A program made the translations under genes and the position numbers. A stretch of DNA of 32,000 nt from Anaerolineales bacterium (GTDB lineage Bacteria > Chloroflexota > Anaerolineae > Anaerolineales > Villigracilaceae), in NCBI GenBank assembly GCA_030680155.1, contig JAUXWL010000153.1, positions 1 through 32,000 on the forward strand. Reading direction: 5' to 3'. The notes under the pieces are model-generated. The model saw only the letters and a list, made by a program, of their open reading frames with translations, made no database searches and was not told the origin of the DNA. Shown here piece by piece: positions 29,590 through 32,000 of the stretch (within the stretch, counting starts at the first letter, position 1; each line of letters opens with the position of its first letter).

Positions 29590-31281
29590 ATGAAATCAAC
29601 AGTTCTGCGCATGCGTTATTGGCGCATCGTTCTCTTTTTCGCCCGCGTCACGGCGAGCATTGTGTTTTGGGATATTTTCCTGCGGCGGATCGGTCTGGCT
29701 TTTCTGGCAAAAGGCAATCGTCCACAGCGTTTACGTCAGATCGCTGTCCGCTTTCGCGCGTTGGCGATTCGTCTTGGCGGCGTGATGATCAAAGTCGGGC
29801 AGTTTTTGTCTGCGCGGCTGGATGTGCTTCCTCCTGAGATCACCGATGAACTGGCAGGCTTGCAGGATGAAGTTCCGCCAGTGGACTATGAACCCATCCG
29901 CCTCCAAACCGAACTCGAGCTTGGTACTGTCATCGAGGAGCTTTTTCTCACCTTTGAGAAAGTCCCCGTCGCCGCCGCCTCGCTGGGACAAGTCCATCGC
30001 GCGCGATTGTTTCCGCATGATGCAGAGGCATCTGGTTTCGACAATGTCGTGGTGAAGATCCTGCGCCCGAATATCGAGCAGGTCGTCGAAGTGGATATGT
30101 CCGCGATTCGAGTGGTGGGCGGCTGGCTCAAGCGATACAAACCCGTCAGTGACCGGGCAGATGTCCCTGCCATTGTCGAGGAATTTGCGGCAACCATCCG
30201 CGAGGAACTGGATTATCTGTCAGAGGGGAAAAATGCCGAGGTGTTTGGAGCCGACTTCAAGGACGATGGAGGCGTACACGTCCCGCGCGTGGTGTGGACT
30301 CGCACTACGCGCCGCGTGCTAACGCTGGAGGATGTCACCGCCATCAAGATCACCGATTACGATGCCATCACCGCCGCAGGCGTCAGCCGCGCCGTCGTGG
30401 CGGACCGCCTGCTGGCAACCTATTTGAAGCAGATTTTCGAGGATGGCTTTTTCCACGCCGACCCGCATCCTGGAAATTTATTCGTCCTGCCGTTGCCTGA
30501 AAAAGAGGAAGACGGTTCGACTAAATTCCGCCTGACGTTCATTGATTTTGGCATGGTCGGGCGCATGCCTGACCGGCTTGTGGAAGGCCTGCGCGAGGCG
30601 GTGATTTCTGTCGGTTTGCAGGATGCGCCGCGATTGATCAAAGCCTATCAGACCCTGGGGGTTTTGCTCCCGAGCGCGAACACAAAATTGCTGGAGGAAG
30701 CCAGCACGCAGGTCTTTGACCGCTTCTGGGGCATGAGCATGAATGAACTGCGCAGCATCCGCCACGATGAGATGATGAAATTCGGTTTGCAGTTTCGGGA
30801 ATTGCTTTTGTCCATGCCGTTTCAGCTGCCTGAAAACCTATTGTTGCTTGGTCGGACTCTCGGCATCCTTTCAGGCATGTGTACGGGGCTGAATGCAGAC
30901 TTTAACCTGTGGCTGCAAATTGCGCCTTATGCGAAGAAGCTCACAGAGGGTGAAAACGGCTCGGCTTTCGATGTCTTTTTGAATGAAGCGGGGGATTTTC
31001 TCAAAACCCTGCTTGCCATTCCCGGCAGGACGGAGCGCGTACTTGGACGCATCGAGCGCGGTCAGTTGAATGTGGAGATGCCGCTGGTTAACCTTCAGAT
31101 CAGTTATTTGGAAAAGTCTGTCAATCGGCTAACGGGCGGGATATTCTTTCTTGGTTTGCTGATCGCCGGGGCGATTTTGTATGACAGTCAAACTCTTCTG
31201 GCACAGGGACTATTCGGTGGGGCAGGCGTGGCGCTGTTTTATACCCTCTTCCTTGCGCGCGGGCGGCGTCCGTTTCACTAA
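29590..31281 (+). CDS. ABC1/UbiB/AarF-family atypical protein kinase with C-terminal TM helices
   Basis: Contains AAASLGQVHRA, VVKILRP and FFHADPHPGNLF. The C-terminus has hydrophobic segments. A GGAGG RBS lies 4 nt upstream. Confidence 0.9.
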   Translation: MKSTVLRMRYWRIVLFFARVTASIVFWDIFLRRIGLAFLAKGNRPQRLRQIAVRFRALAIRLGGVMIKVGQFLSARLDVLPPEITDELAGLQDEVPPVDYEPIRLQTELELGTVIEELFLTFEKVPVAAASLGQVHRARLFPHDAEASGFDNVVVKILRPNIEQVVEVDMSAIRVVGGWLKRYKPVSDRADVPAIVEEFAATIREELDYLSEGKNAEVFGADFKDDGGVHVPRVVWTRTTRRVLTLEDVTAIKITDYDAITAAGVSRAVVADRLLATYLKQIFEDGFFHADPHPGNLFVLPLPEKEEDGSTKFRLTFIDFGMVGRMPDRLVEGLREAVISVGLQDAPRLIKAYQTLGVLLPSANTKLLEEASTQVFDRFWGMSMNELRSIRHDEMMKFGLQFRELLLSMPFQLPENLLLLGRTLGILSGMCTGLNADFNLWLQIAPYAKKLTEGENGSAFDVFLNEAGDFLKTLLAIPGRTERVLGRIERGQLNVEMPLVNLQISYLEKSVNRLTGGIFFLGLLIAGAILYDSQTLLAQGLFGGAGVALFYTLFLARGRRPFH

Positions 31282-31283
31282 TC

Positions 31284-31380
31284 AGTAGATCACGAAAGCC
31301 TCGCGTACTGCGCAGCGTGCGCTCTCTAGCGCAAATCAGGCGGTAGAGACCGCCAATTACGCGCTTTCGTGAAGTACTGA
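31284..31380. repeat. About 97-bp imperfect inverted-repeat element downstream of the ABC1 kinase gene
   Basis: The arms are CAGTAGATCACGAAAGC (31284-31300) and GCTTTCGTGAAGTACTG (31364-31380) with two mismatches. The inner hairpin is GGCGGT/ACCGCC. Confidence 0.45.
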
Positions 31381-31421
31381 TAATCAATCGGCGTCCAAAA
31401 TCCCCAGACTTTGGACTGTTC

Positions 31422-31451
31422 AAAAAACTCCAACGTCAGGAGACGTTGGAG
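31422..31451 (-). terminator. Rho-independent terminator of the small minus-strand gene 31461-31676
   Basis: The 10-bp stem is CTCCAACGTC (31428-31437) with GACGTTGGAG (31442-31451) and an AGGA loop. On the minus strand it is followed by TTTTTTG. Confidence 0.65.
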
Positions 31452-31460
31452 TCCGTTTAT

Positions 31461-31676
31461 CTATGAAGATTTTTCTTCCGTCTTCTTGATGGCGGCATCG
31501 ATCAGGCTGCGAAACGCGAGAAGCATTTCCTTGCGCGCAGTGTGGCGATGCTCCAAAAAGCCGGGCGGCAGGATGGTCTCCATGCTTTTGCGCATTTCCT
31601 GCCGCGCAGCCTTCATGTGTTCCAACACTTCGGGTGGAAGTTTATCTCTCATGGACTTGCGTTTTTCTTCGCTCAT
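31461..31676 (-). CDS. Small hypothetical protein with an internal duplication
   Basis: The 71-aa protein contains PPEVLEHMKAARQEMRKSME followed by PPGFLEHRHTARKEMLLAFRS. Its own terminator lies downstream. Confidence 0.5.
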   Translation of the reverse strand: MSEEKRKSMRDKLPPEVLEHMKAARQEMRKSMETILPPGFLEHRHTARKEMLLAFRSLIDAAIKKTEEKSS

Positions 31677-31722
31677 GGGTTACTCCTTGTTCTACCTAAA
31701 TTATAGCGCCGCGTTCCGACTC

Positions 31723-32000
31723 TTACTTGCCCTTCTTCTCCATCTTCGCCCAGGCGTCCTTGAGATTCACTGTCAAATTGAACACAGGCTTTTTGGGAGT
31801 CGCGTCTTTGTCCACACAAAAGTAGCCGAGGCGCTCAAACTGGAAGCGCGAACCAACTTCAGGCGTAGCGAGAAGCGGCTCTACATATCCCGTGAGAATC
31901 TCCAGTGATTTGGGATTCAAGCAGTTGAGGAATCCTTCGTCTCCCTCTTCGGGGTCTTCCTTGGTGAAAAGGCGGTCATACATGCGGATTTCCACTTCCT
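31723..32000 (-). CDS. glnS: Glutaminyl-tRNA synthetase, C-terminal end (partial, continues off the right edge)
   Basis: The sequence RFQFERLGYFCVDKDATPKKPVFNLTVNLKDAWAK is colinear with the E. coli GlnRS C-terminus as I recall it (RFQFEREGYFCLD...PVFNRTVGLRDTWAK). Confidence 0.8.
   Translation of the reverse strand, partial: EVEIRMYDRLFTKEDPEEGDEGFLNCLNPKSLEILTGYVEPLLATPEVGSRFQFERLGYFCVDKDATPKKPVFNLTVNLKDAWAKMEKKGK

Overview
This window is a GC-rich bacterial chromosome segment. The short dispersed hairpin repeats and the gene content suggest Chloroflexota/Anaerolineae, but that is a low-confidence guess. All calls come from reading translated motifs and repeats by eye; no searches were run.

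The left 8.3 kb is a visibly AT-rich, mosaic defence locus. It appears to be one minus-strand operon: hsdR, a small 3-TM protein, hsdM, hsdS, a TIR-domain protein, a second small 3-TM protein and a TIR-like protein. Downstream lie two decayed copies of the hsdS 3' end and the start of a possible antitoxin-like gene. The TIR / 3-TM / TIR cassette at 483-2467 is bracketed by direct repeats of the hsdS 3' end and translationally coupled to hsdS. It is my best candidate for an undescribed Thoeris-like or abortive-infection module.

The rest of the window is mostly housekeeping or accessory metabolism:
- a lipid gene group (phosphatidylcholine synthase-like, GNAT, PlsC, DagK-like)
- a selenium-dependent molybdenum hydroxylase cluster (YqeC-MocA fusion, MocA, YqeB, an XDH-family Mo subunit, a fused FAD/2Fe-2S subunit and an embedded membrane protein)
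- a receiver/degenerate-GGDEF regulator
- a class II aldolase-family gene and a NUDIX gene
- a sigma-70-family factor with a partner gene
- an NTF2-like/RtcB operon with a structured leader
- an ABC1 kinase and the 3' end of glnS

Non-coding highlights are an ORF-less 5' fragment of a class-C-like group II intron placed exactly after an intrinsic terminator, a 195-bp MITE-like element with a 9-bp target duplication, and several families of short palindromic repeats.
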